Assembly (NCBI GenBank): GCA_965660095.1
Contig: CBFHYP010000011.1
Span: forward strand, 1,070-65,069
DNA: 64,000 nt
Reading direction: 5' to 3'
Source of the DNA: Candidatus Puniceispirillaceae bacterium
Lineage (GTDB): Bacteria > Pseudomonadota > Alphaproteobacteria > Puniceispirillales > Puniceispirillaceae
This document shows positions 32,295 through 43,697 of the stretch, piece by piece. Each line of letters starts with the position of its first letter. Position 1 is the first letter of the stretch. The notes under the pieces are model-generated. The model was not told the DNA's origin. It was given only the letters and a program-made list of their open reading frames with translations, and did no database searches. Position numbers and translations under genes: made by a program.

Positions 32295-32539
32295 AAGAAA
32301 TCCTTTTCACATCGCTGATTTAAAGCAGGTTATATTGATATGTTTAGCCATCAAAAAAACATCAAGTGCTGTCTATAGCAGAGCTAGGGTGAGGTTAAAA
32401 GGATTTCAATTTTTTTGCTGAACAGATTGTATAAACGCAGCGATAAATGAGACGCCACGCTTTGCGAAGTAGACAGGCAGGACTTGACAAAATATCTTCA
32501 CAATACCAAGTTGAAAGTGGAAAAATAAGGTTTTTAAGT

Positions 32540-32962
32540 GTGACTAATCCAACTAACATTGCAGAGAAGCTTCGGGCATATGGGTTGCGTCCAACACGTC
32601 AACGCGTGTTTCTTGGCCAGCTTTTGTTTGATGGTAGAAACAAGCATATCACCCCTGAAATGATAGCCGATGCGGCAAATGATAGTGGTAAGCATATCGC
32701 ACTTGGTACTATCTATAATAGCCTGCGCCAATTTGCCGAAGCAGGGCTGCTGAAAGAAGTGCATGGTGTGCAAGACCGGCTTGTCTATGATACAAATCTG
32801 CATGAACATCACCATTTTTTAGATGTTGAAACCGGTGAGCTTACAGATGTTCCAGCCGATAAGATTGCACTTTTGGACTTGCCTGAGTTGCCAAACGGGT
32901 TTGGCCTTGATGCTGTTGAGGTTACTATTCGGGTGAAAAAATCATCCCCCTTTTCAGCCTGA
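32540..32962 (+). CDS. irr: Fur-family regulator, Irr (iron response regulator) type
   Basis: Winged-helix region is LRPTRQRVFLGQLLF...GTIYNSLRQFAEAGLL. There are no CxxC zinc motifs, and HEHHHF matches the Irr HHH heme motif. The start is placed at GTG 32540 with AAGG about 10 nt upstream, giving 140 aa. The track ORF starts at 32447. Confidence 0.65.
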   Translation: MTNPTNIAEKLRAYGLRPTRQRVFLGQLLFDGRNKHITPEMIADAANDSGKHIALGTIYNSLRQFAEAGLLKEVHGVQDRLVYDTNLHEHHHFLDVETGELTDVPADKIALLDLPELPNGFGLDAVEVTIRVKKSSPFSA

Positions 32963-33015
32963 TAAAAAACTGTTGTTCTATTAGTTTAAAATCATTTCAA
33001 TCTGCTTGACTTTGA

Positions 33016-35226
<2,211 letters not shown>

Positions 35227-35254
35227 GCTCTAGATAAGCGTCAATGATATTTTT

Positions 35255-35294
35255 AAAACAGCCTCTAGCCTTAAGTGGTTAGGGGCTGTTTTAT
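35255..35294. terminator. bidirectional Rho-independent terminator between katG and glk
   Basis: A 16-bp stem aaaacagcctctagcc / ggttaggggctgtttt (two G-U pairs) has the loop ttaagt. Flanking A and T runs serve both strands. Confidence 0.7.
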
Positions 35295-35306
35295 GCCATA
35301 TAGGCT

Positions 35307-36293
35307 TTAAATTCTGCGATGTGCTAGGCTTGGATTATCCAAGGCAGCTGCTGCCCCGCGCAATCCTGAATAGCTATCTTCCATAAGGTAAACAGGCACC
35401 GAGCCGATGAAGTCTGAAAATTTGTCATGCTTCTCAATCCGGTCATAAAATGCGCTTGAAGATAGGAATGGCAATAGCTTTGGGGTTATCCCGCCGCAAA
35501 TAAATACACCCTGCCTTGCCCCGATATGCAGAATAGCAGAAGCAATATAATTCCCTAAAAAATCCAGAAAATATTGAATAGCTAGTTTAGCTTGCGGGAT
35601 ATTATTATGGGCCATTGCGCTAATCTGTGCTGCTTCATTTTCGCTTAATTTTTGTTCTCCCAAATGATTGAATAAACATACAAGCCCCCTGCCGCTAAGC
35701 ACATCTTCAGCCACTAGCCTGTGATGCTGTTCATCTTCGGCTTGGCTTTTTCGGATTCTCATCAATAACTGCTCTTCTGCAGGGGTTTGTGCGGCAAGCC
35801 CGATTTGCCCGCCTTCAGTCTCAAGCGGAAGCATATGGTTCTGGGCAGGGATAAGGGCGGAAAACCCTAGCCCTGTTCCAGGGCCAAGCACCGCAATAGG
35901 GGTGTTTTTATCGCCCTTACCAGCACGCAATACACGGTAAAGAGAGCTCGTTTCATCAGCTAAATCTAAGGTAGTTACCCCAAGAGCCTGGGCTGTAAAA
36001 TCATTGATAACGGTTAATGCATCAAGCCCTAATGCTGCCTTTAAGGCCTGTTTAGAAAAGCCCCAATGATTATTGCTTAACTGCACCTCATCCTGATCAA
36101 CAGTTCCTGCGATAGCAAGACATAGCCTGTGTGGCTTTGATGTAAGATTAAGCGCAGAAGTGACGTGGTGTAAGGCATCTTCAAACGTTTCAAAATCAGC
36201 ACAATATAGCTGAATGGGCGTGCCAATTACCCCCTTTTCAGAAACCGCAAAACGTGCATTAGTGCCGCCAATATCTGCTACAATATCTGTCAT
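35307..36293 (-). CDS. glk: glucokinase
   Basis: N-terminal ADIGGTNARFAV is the ROK-less Glk-family ATP motif. 328 aa. Confidence 0.88.
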   Translation of the reverse strand: MTDIVADIGGTNARFAVSEKGVIGTPIQLYCADFETFEDALHHVTSALNLTSKPHRLCLAIAGTVDQDEVQLSNNHWGFSKQALKAALGLDALTVINDFTAQALGVTTLDLADETSSLYRVLRAGKGDKNTPIAVLGPGTGLGFSALIPAQNHMLPLETEGGQIGLAAQTPAEEQLLMRIRKSQAEDEQHHRLVAEDVLSGRGLVCLFNHLGEQKLSENEAAQISAMAHNNIPQAKLAIQYFLDFLGNYIASAILHIGARQGVFICGGITPKLLPFLSSSAFYDRIEKHDKFSDFIGSVPVYLMEDSYSGLRGAAAALDNPSLAHRRI

Positions 36294-36336
36294 TCAAAAC
36301 CTCTAAAATAGAAAGATGTTCAGCATGGCACTCGTG

Positions 36337-37086
36337 CTATGAGCGTAATGCAGGCAAGCCAACGCCTGTTGCTTCAAACCCGCCATCAGCCGCCAGTACC
36401 TGCCCTGTAATATAGCTGGCTTTGTCTGATGCTAAGAAACAGATTGCTTGTGCGATTTCATCTTCTTGGCCATATCGGTTTAGCGGAATAGCATCATGAT
36501 AAGCATCAATAATATCTTGGGTATGCACTGCCATTGCAAGCTTTGTGCGCACCGGGCCAGGGCAAACACAATTCACTCGAATATTATATTCGCCAAGTTC
36601 GACTGCCTGTTGCAGGGTAAGCTGAATAACAGCTGCTTTTGAAGTGCCATAAGCTACCCTAAGGGTAGAAGCGCGCAACCCAGAAATAGAACCGATATTC
36701 ACAATAGCCCCTTGGGTTTGCTTCAAATAGGGGATGGCTGTCTGTGCGCATAAAAATACCCCATCAAGGTTGGTGCGCATCACTGCCTGCCAACGCTCAA
36801 AATCAGTTTCTTCGATTGGACCAAAATCTGCAACACCTGCATTATTAACCAAAATATCAATCCTGCCGCATTTTTCCATCACTTCCATCATCATGGCAGA
36901 GACGTGGTCAGGTTGTGCGACATCGCATACGATTGGCAACGCGTTTTCGAGCTGTGTAGCAGCGCTAGCTAATTCTGCTTCATCAATATCCACAAGCACA
37001 GGGATGATGCCGTCTTGTGCCATCATTTTAGCTGTAGCAAGCCCTATTCCTCTTGCGGCTCCGGTAATGATTGCTGTTTTTGTCAT
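36337..37086 (-). CDS. SDR-family oxidoreductase
   Basis: Contains TGAARGIG (TGxxxGIG), NNAG and the catalytic YGTSK. 249 aa. Confidence 0.88.
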   Translation of the reverse strand: MTKTAIITGAARGIGLATAKMMAQDGIIPVLVDIDEAELASAATQLENALPIVCDVAQPDHVSAMMMEVMEKCGRIDILVNNAGVADFGPIEETDFERWQAVMRTNLDGVFLCAQTAIPYLKQTQGAIVNIGSISGLRASTLRVAYGTSKAAVIQLTLQQAVELGEYNIRVNCVCPGPVRTKLAMAVHTQDIIDAYHDAIPLNRYGQEDEIAQAICFLASDKASYITGQVLAADGGFEATGVGLPALRS

Positions 37087-37116
37087 TGTTCGACTATGCC
37101 TTTATCTTTACGGGGG

Positions 37117-38214
37117 TTAAAGCTCATTCATTGCGACCACACGTCCTTCGGATGCTGCAATTTGTGCCGCCTGCCCAATTTTAACAGCTTTCATCCCATC
37201 ACTCAGACTAACCAGGGGTGCGGTGTTGTGCTCAAGCATTTCTTTAAAGGCAAGATGCTGAAAATAGGTGGCGCCAGCATGGTCACCTGCAATCATCAAG
37301 GCTTCATCAACATCACAATAAATCGTCTCAATTTTATTGCGTTCGCGCGGGCTGAGTTCAAGCTTTGGGCGCGGCATTTCTGATGTTTCGTCTGACCAAA
37401 AACGCACTGCCCCTGGCACAAACGCTTCTGCCTTGCCATCAACGCCTATTGCCGTGATACGTTCTTGATAGGCTGAACCTTCAGCAAACATGGACAATTC
37501 AAGCATTGCTTTTGTGTGATTATCAAAATCCACAATTACATAGCCATGGTCCCATATATCAGGTGTTTTGCCATTATAGCTTTCATCCTTATGATTATGA
37601 GCTTGGCCTGCAGATGCCATCACCCGAACAGGTTCAGCTTTTAAAATAAGCCGCATCAAATCAAAGAAATGACAGCATTTTTCAACAAAAGTGCCGCCTG
37701 AATAGTGATTAAATCTGTTCCAATCACCAACCTTTTCTAAGAAAGGAAAGCGATGTTCTGTGATGGATAGCATGGAAATACCGCCGCAGAAATCATCTGC
37801 TCTCCGCACTAATTCTGCTATTGGCGGCATGAAGCGATATTCCATCCCCACCCAAATTGGCGCTTTATAATTTTCAATGAGCTTGGTGATAAGCGCAGCA
37901 TCATCAGGGTCTGTATAAAGTGGTTTTTCACACAAGATGGGCAGATTGCGCTGATTTGCAATCTGCTTGAGCTGTTCTGCATGACAAAAATTAGGGCTAG
38001 TGATAATAAGCGCATCTATATTGTCATGTTGCAGAAGAGCGTCTAGCGCGCTGTAAAATTCAGCATCAGGTGCAATTTTAGCTGATTCTGCCTGCATCTT
38101 TGCATCAGGCTCAAATATCGCTGTTACAGCACACCCATCTATCAAATTCAGGTTGCGGATATGTTCTTGGCCCATCATGCCGCATCCTACAAAGCCGTAT
38201 CGTGTCACACCCAT
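37117..38214 (-). CDS. Gfo/Idh/MocA-family oxidoreductase
   Basis: N-terminal Rossmann motif GFVGCGMMG and the EKP motif (CEKPL). 365 aa. Confidence 0.85.
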   Translation of the reverse strand: MGVTRYGFVGCGMMGQEHIRNLNLIDGCAVTAIFEPDAKMQAESAKIAPDAEFYSALDALLQHDNIDALIITSPNFCHAEQLKQIANQRNLPILCEKPLYTDPDDAALITKLIENYKAPIWVGMEYRFMPPIAELVRRADDFCGGISMLSITEHRFPFLEKVGDWNRFNHYSGGTFVEKCCHFFDLMRLILKAEPVRVMASAGQAHNHKDESYNGKTPDIWDHGYVIVDFDNHTKAMLELSMFAEGSAYQERITAIGVDGKAEAFVPGAVRFWSDETSEMPRPKLELSPRERNKIETIYCDVDEALMIAGDHAGATYFQHLAFKEMLEHNTAPLVSLSDGMKAVKIGQAAQIAASEGRVVAMNEL

Positions 38215-38343
38215 TTAATTCTCTTTTTTCTTTGTTGAATTGGCGCTAGCTTGTTACCGTAAAATCAGTATTGTTCATAACTATATAACGCATTACAACT
38301 CACTTCCCCATAGATAATCTTTGCAGATTAAGGAGAAACATTT

Positions 38344-39501
38344 ATGAGTGTCGTACCTATCATGTCAGCGGAATTAGAGGCAAGTGAAGTCTCTTGGTTT
38401 GCTCCACTTTGCTCTGATGATTTCAGATTACTTGGTGTGCCAGAAGGGGAATATCGCAGCTCATGGCAACATACATCTAAGATTATTCAAACAGCAGACA
38501 AGCTAGGGTACCGTAACATCCTATGCCCTTCTTCATATCAGGTAGGCCAAGACACCCTTAGCTTTGTTGCAGGTAATGCCCCCCTAACAGAGCAAATTAA
38601 TATGCTCGCGGCGGTAAGGTGCGGGGAGCTGCATCCCTTAATGCTTGCCAGAACCATCGCTACTTTGGATCATATGCTGTCTGGGCGCTTAACGATTAAT
38701 ATTATTTCATCAGACTTCCCAGGTGAAAAAGCAGAAAGCGCTTTTCGCTATCAGCGCTCGCATGAGGTGGTTGAGATTTTGAAAATGGCTTGGTCACAAG
38801 ATGTGATTAATTATGATGGGGAAATTTACCGCTTTAGCGATGTCTCAACAGACCCTGTGCGCCCCTATCAGCAAAATGGCGGGCCATTGCTTTATTTCGG
38901 TGGGTATTCCCCACCTGCGCTAGAATTGTGCGGCAAACATTGTGATGTGTATCTGATGTGGCCTGAGAAAAAAGAAAATTTAGCCCAACGAATGCAGGCT
39001 GTGCATGAAAGGGCAGAGAAATATGGGCGAGTTCTGGATTATGGTTTGCGGGTGCATATGATTGTCCGTGATACAGAAGCCGAAGCGCGTGAATATGCAG
39101 ATTATCTGGTGAGTAAACTAGATGATGATACAGGCACTGAGATCAGGAACAGAGCGTTAGATGCAACCTCACTTGGGGTTGCACACCAATCTGAAAACAG
39201 GCTTAGCGCTGATGATAAAGGCTATATTGAAGACCATCTATGGACAGGTGTTGGCAGGGCACGCTCTGGCTGCGGGGCTGCCTTAGTGGGGTCAACAGAA
39301 CAAATTTGTGAACAGATTGAGGCGTACCGCAAAATGGGTATTCGCTCGTTCATTTTTTCAGGGTATCCGCATTTGGATGAATGCACACATTTTGGTGAGA
39401 AGGTTTTGCCGCAACTTGCAACCTGTTCCTTGCCTGAAATTTATGGCCGGGTGCCGCAAGAAATGCCTGCAACCCCATTAGGACAGGGAGAGAGACGATG
39501 A
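38344..39501 (+). CDS. LLM-class flavin-dependent monooxygenase, SsuD (alkanesulfonate monooxygenase) family
   Basis: It aligns by eye along its length to E. coli SsuD: LLYFGGYS, GLRVHMIVRDTEAEA, LWTGVGRARSGCGAALVGS and FIFSGYPHLDE. Confidence 0.8.
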   Translation: MSVVPIMSAELEASEVSWFAPLCSDDFRLLGVPEGEYRSSWQHTSKIIQTADKLGYRNILCPSSYQVGQDTLSFVAGNAPLTEQINMLAAVRCGELHPLMLARTIATLDHMLSGRLTINIISSDFPGEKAESAFRYQRSHEVVEILKMAWSQDVINYDGEIYRFSDVSTDPVRPYQQNGGPLLYFGGYSPPALELCGKHCDVYLMWPEKKENLAQRMQAVHERAEKYGRVLDYGLRVHMIVRDTEAEAREYADYLVSKLDDDTGTEIRNRALDATSLGVAHQSENRLSADDKGYIEDHLWTGVGRARSGCGAALVGSTEQICEQIEAYRKMGIRSFIFSGYPHLDECTHFGEKVLPQLATCSLPEIYGRVPQEMPATPLGQGERR

Positions 39502-40415
39502 CCAACTTAGCGGAAAATTCTGTGCACAGAATAGCGTTTGAAGATGGCTTAAGCTTTAGCAGATTAGTCTATGGGATGTGGCGCCTGATTGATGATGGTT
39601 ACAAGGGGGAGGCATCAACACAAGCCAAAATAGAGGCCTGTCTTGAACAAGGTATCACCACGATGGATCAGGCAGATATTTATGGTGATTATGGCTCAGA
39701 AGAAGCGTTTGGAAGAATGCTTGCCACAGCACCGCATCTTAAATCCAAGATTGAGGTGGTGAGTAAATGTGATATCCGCTTGATATCCGATAAATTTCCT
39801 GATCATCGCGTTAAATATTATGATACCAGCGCTGAATATATCACTGCGCAAGTTGAAAATTCGCTTCGTTTGATGGGCTTAGATAGGCTAGATATGCTTT
39901 TGCTTCATCGCCCAGACCCGCTGATGGATCAGTATGAAACAGGGGCGGCGTTAGATAAGCTGATTGAGACGGGGAAAATTCGTTCAGTAGGGGTTTCCAA
40001 TTTTAAGCCTTGGGATATCAGCCTGCTTCAATCTGCGATGCAAACCCCCATTCAGCTTAATCAAATTGAGATTAGCCTGATGGCGCATACCGCGTTTACA
40101 AATGGCGATTTAGCATTTTGTCAAGAACATCATATTGCCCCAATGGCGTGGTCACCACTTGCAGGTGGCCAGCTTTTTAACGGGGAAAACAAAGCCCTTA
40201 CCCAAGTTCTGGAGCGCTATGCAGAACAGCATGAATGCAGTGTGTCCACAATTGCGATAGCATGGCTGCTTGCCCATCCTAGCCAAATCATGCCTGTGTT
40301 AGGAACCAATAATCTGGATAGAATTAAGGATTTCTCCTCTGCCATGTCTGTTGAAATGGATAGGCAAAGTTGGTTTGAGCTGTATGAGGCCGCACTTGGA
40401 AATGAGGTTCCTTAA
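39498..40415 (+). CDS. aldo-keto reductase, YdhF-like
   Basis: FSRLVYGMWRL..., MDQADIYGDYGSEEAFG, LLLHRPDPLMD, GVSNFKPW and NQIEISL closely parallel E. coli YdhF. The ATGA start overlaps the stop of the LLM gene. Confidence 0.85.
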   Translation: MTNLAENSVHRIAFEDGLSFSRLVYGMWRLIDDGYKGEASTQAKIEACLEQGITTMDQADIYGDYGSEEAFGRMLATAPHLKSKIEVVSKCDIRLISDKFPDHRVKYYDTSAEYITAQVENSLRLMGLDRLDMLLLHRPDPLMDQYETGAALDKLIETGKIRSVGVSNFKPWDISLLQSAMQTPIQLNQIEISLMAHTAFTNGDLAFCQEHHIAPMAWSPLAGGQLFNGENKALTQVLERYAEQHECSVSTIAIAWLLAHPSQIMPVLGTNNLDRIKDFSSAMSVEMDRQSWFELYEAALGNEVP

Positions 40416-40458
40416 TTACAGAAAACCACCCCTATCCATCAGCAAAAAGGGCTAGCAT

Positions 40459-41379
40459 ATGACAAGGTTGAAAGTTGGTATGGTGGGGTGCGGTATGGTC
40501 AGCTCTGTCTATATGGACGTGTTTAAGTCCTTATCAGATAGGCTTGAGCTTGTTGGGGTAATCGCATCCAGCTTGCAATCTGCTCAGGATTTCGCCTCAA
40601 AGCATCAGGGTGCAGATTTGCCAAATCTTGCAGGGTTTGAGAGCATTGACGAGATGCTTAAAGCCGAAAAACCTGATTTTATTCTTCTCACCACACCACC
40701 AAATGCGCGTGAAGCCTATATTGAAAGCTGTATCGGGCATAAGCTTCCTGTATTAATGGAAAAGCCTGTAGAACGCGATATTACTGCTGCTACTTCACTT
40801 GTTACACAATGCGAGAGGGCAAAGCTGTCTTTGGGGGTGATGTTACAGCACCGCGCGCGCCCCTCAGCCCTTGCGCTACGTGAGCAGCTAGAAGCGCATG
40901 ATGCAGGACCATTGCATGCCGTTGAAATCACAGTGCCTTGGTGGCGAGAGCAAAGCTATTATGACGTGCCAGGGCGCGGCAGTTATGGGCGAGACGGGGG
41001 CGGGGTGATGATCAGCCAAGCCATCCATACCCTTGATTTAGTACTGCAATTCACCTCTGAGGTTTCAGGCGTATCTAGCTACCGGGCAACAACGGGGTTC
41101 CACCGGATGGAGGCAGAAGATTTTGTCTCAGCAGGGATTGCATTTTCAGGTGGTGCGCATGGTCATTTAATGGCGTCCACAGCCTGTTTTCCTGGCAGAG
41201 CAGAAGAATTTTGGCTGCATTTTAAACATGCTTCCTTCAATGTGCAATCCGCCCAATTAGAGGTGTTTACACAAGCCAGCCACCCGCGTGGCGCTAGCCA
41301 GTATAAAATAGGGGATGTTGCGGCAACGGACAACATGCGCCCTAACTGGCCTTTACCTCAGATTGGCATAAAGCCATGA
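40459..41379 (+). CDS. Gfo/Idh/MocA-family oxidoreductase, 3' end apparently frameshifted
   Basis: Contains VGMVGCGMV and MEKPV motifs. The ORF stops at 41379 without the usual C-terminal helix segment, which is encoded in another frame just downstream. Confidence 0.8.
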   Translation: MTRLKVGMVGCGMVSSVYMDVFKSLSDRLELVGVIASSLQSAQDFASKHQGADLPNLAGFESIDEMLKAEKPDFILLTTPPNAREAYIESCIGHKLPVLMEKPVERDITAATSLVTQCERAKLSLGVMLQHRARPSALALREQLEAHDAGPLHAVEITVPWWREQSYYDVPGRGSYGRDGGGVMISQAIHTLDLVLQFTSEVSGVSSYRATTGFHRMEAEDFVSAGIAFSGGAHGHLMASTACFPGRAEEFWLHFKHASFNVQSAQLEVFTQASHPRGASQYKIGDVAATDNMRPNWPLPQIGIKP

Positions 41380-41497
41380 TTGAAAATTTTATGGATCATC
41401 TTGAAAATGGCGCCCCGTTAATTGCTTCTGGCCGTTCCGCTTTAAAGGTGCATCATCTTATTGATCAGATTGAAAAAGCCTCATTTAAAAAAGGCTA
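41346..41497 (+). pseudogene. detached C-terminal segment of the preceding Gfo/Idh/MocA gene, in the -1 frame
   Basis: The frame starting at 41346 reads LAFTSDWHKAMIENFMDHLENGAPLIASGRSALKVHHLIDQIEKASFKKG*. This is the canonical Gfo/Idh/MocA C-terminal region. An in-frame TAA lies at 41343-41345. Confidence 0.6.
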
Positions 41498-41530
41498 AAC
41501 ACCGGCGTTGCTAAAAAGACAGGAAAGAAA

Positions 41531-42559
41531 ATGACAGATTTCAAACAGCTAACAATTGGTGTTCTAGGCATCGATCATGCGCATATTCATGGGATGCTTG
41601 GCAATATGTTGACACAAGGATGCCAGGCTAAATATTGGTGGACAGATGGTCAGCCCAATACCCAAACAGCGTTTGAAAATGCGTTTCCTCAGTTACAGAA
41701 AGTAGCGGAGAAAAATCAAATTCTTGACGATCCAGATATTGATATGGTGCTCATCTCAGCCGTACCAGTGGACAGGGCAGGGCTAGCTATTGAAGCGATG
41801 CGTGCTGGTCAGGATGTGATGGTGGATAAGCCAGGATGTACCACCCAAGAACAGCTTGAAAGCCTGCGTGCGGCGGTTGCAGAAACAGGACGTATTTGGA
41901 CGGTGAATTTTTCAGAAAGGTTTGAGGTGCCAAGTGCTGCCAAAGCAGAACAGCTTGTTGAAGAAGGCGCGATTGGCAAGGTTATTCAAACCCTTGGCAC
42001 AGGCCCACATCGTCAAGGGCTTGCAAGCCGCCCAGAATGGTTTTTTAGGCGGGAGGCTTTTGGCGGGATTATTACTGATATTGGCTCACACCAAATTGAC
42101 CAATTTCTCTATTTCACCGGCTCTGATAAGGTGAAAATTGCCCATGCGCTAGTTGAAAATACAACACTGCCACACCATCCAGAAGTGCAGGATTTTGGTG
42201 AAATTGTCCTGCATGGGGATAAAGGGCATGGCTATATTCGGGTAGACTGGTTTACCCCGGAGGCGTTGCCAGTTTGGGGCGATGGTAGGCTAACGATTTT
42301 AGGTGAAGAGGGATATATTGAATTACGCAAATATATTGATGTTGGTCATGGCGGGCTAGCAAATCAGCTGATTTATGCCAACCATAAAACAGTGGAGCAT
42401 ATTGATTGCCGTGATACGCCTTTGCCTTATTTTCCGCGTTTATGTGAAGATATTTTAAACAGAACAGAAACAGCCGTATCTCAAGAACACACCTTTAAAG
42501 TGATGGCACTTGCGCTGGAAGCTCAGAAGATGGCAGAGGAAGCAGTTTCATGGGATTAG
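41531..42559 (+). CDS. Gfo/Idh/MocA-family oxidoreductase
   Basis: 342 aa with VDKPG in place of EKP and a typical C-terminal alpha/beta domain. It overlaps the next gene. Confidence 0.8.
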   Translation: MTDFKQLTIGVLGIDHAHIHGMLGNMLTQGCQAKYWWTDGQPNTQTAFENAFPQLQKVAEKNQILDDPDIDMVLISAVPVDRAGLAIEAMRAGQDVMVDKPGCTTQEQLESLRAAVAETGRIWTVNFSERFEVPSAAKAEQLVEEGAIGKVIQTLGTGPHRQGLASRPEWFFRREAFGGIITDIGSHQIDQFLYFTGSDKVKIAHALVENTTLPHHPEVQDFGEIVLHGDKGHGYIRVDWFTPEALPVWGDGRLTILGEEGYIELRKYIDVGHGGLANQLIYANHKTVEHIDCRDTPLPYFPRLCEDILNRTETAVSQEHTFKVMALALEAQKMAEEAVSWD

Positions 42560-43608
42560 CGGTTGCTATTTTGGGGGCAGGGATAGGCGCAGAACATCTG
42601 CAAGGCTATCGTCAGCTAGAAGATGATTTCCAGGTTAAGGCGATTTGCGATATTAATGCACAAAGAGCAGGGTTGCTTGCCGCTGACAGCGATATTGCTA
42701 TCTTCTCAGATTATCAGGAAATCCTATCTGACCCGCAGATAGATATTGTTGATATTTGCTTGCCGCCTCACCTGCATTTCAGCGCGATATCTGAAGTGTT
42801 ACATGCAGGCAAGGATGTGATTTGTGAAAAGCCGCTTCTAGCCTCTTGTGCGGAATGTGACCAGATAGAAGCCTTATCTTTGCAAACCGGTAAACAGGTT
42901 TTTCCTGTTTTTCAATATCGGTTTGGCAAAGGGGCTAGCCAGCTTCATGCGCTTATGAAATGCGGTCTTGCAGGCAAAGCCTATACCGCGACCTTGGAAA
43001 CCCACTGGAATAGAGATGCCGCCTATTACGATAATGACTGGCGCGGCACCTGGGCAGGTGAGCAAGGCGGGGCTATTCTTGGCCATGCTATCCATATTCA
43101 TGACTGGGTGTGTCATATTTTAGGGCCTGTATCACAGGTTTTTGCGTTGCTAGATACGCGGGTAAATGACATTGAGGTGGAAGATTGCGCGGCGCTCTCA
43201 TTGCGGATGCAAAATGGGGCGTTGGTCACAAGTTCTGTGACGCTTGGCAGTGCAGATGACTTTTCACGACTGCGTTTTTGCTTTGAAGGCTTTACAGCAG
43301 AATCAGATATTCTCCCCTATACGCCTGCTCAAGGGGTATGGCGTTTTACAGCGCGTGCGCCTTATCACCAGCAAGATATTGATGCGCGACTAGCTGAAAT
43401 TCAGTACCAAGATTATGCAGGATATGCCGGGCTTTTCCATGAAATCGCAAAAGCTTTGAGAGGTGAGAGCCATCAGGCAGTATTGCTAAGCGATGCTCGA
43501 AATTCGCTTGAATTGGTGACGGCTATTTATCAATCCGCTAGGACTTTACAAGCGGTTAGCTTACCGCTAACACCACAAGATAAAGGGTATGATAGCTGGT
43601 TGCCCTGA
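42550..43608 (+). CDS. Gfo/Idh/MocA-family oxidoreductase
   Basis: Contains ILGAGIGAEH and CEKPL. 352 aa. Confidence 0.85.
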   Translation: MGLAVAILGAGIGAEHLQGYRQLEDDFQVKAICDINAQRAGLLAADSDIAIFSDYQEILSDPQIDIVDICLPPHLHFSAISEVLHAGKDVICEKPLLASCAECDQIEALSLQTGKQVFPVFQYRFGKGASQLHALMKCGLAGKAYTATLETHWNRDAAYYDNDWRGTWAGEQGGAILGHAIHIHDWVCHILGPVSQVFALLDTRVNDIEVEDCAALSLRMQNGALVTSSVTLGSADDFSRLRFCFEGFTAESDILPYTPAQGVWRFTARAPYHQQDIDARLAEIQYQDYAGYAGLFHEIAKALRGESHQAVLLSDARNSLELVTAIYQSARTLQAVSLPLTPQDKGYDSWLP

Positions 43609-43697
43609 GAATAATTTTTTCTATTACTAGCGATGATTTAAAATAGGCGCAAAAATGGCGCTGCCAAAACGTTAATACGAGCTAGAAATAGGCAGAT

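Noticed and set aside
32963-33000. Possible Irr ICE box (TTTAGAA-N3-TTCTAAA-like) in GTTCTATTAGTTTAAAA upstream of katG
   Set aside because: Only a partial, non-palindromic resemblance is present. I cannot support it without a matrix scan.
38215-38343. Three TTGTT pentamers at about 20-bp spacing (38232, 38251, 38271) in the divergent promoter of the oxidoreductase/LLM cluster
   Set aside because: The motif is too short and AT-rich to distinguish from chance. No regulator gene in the cluster is available to pair it with.
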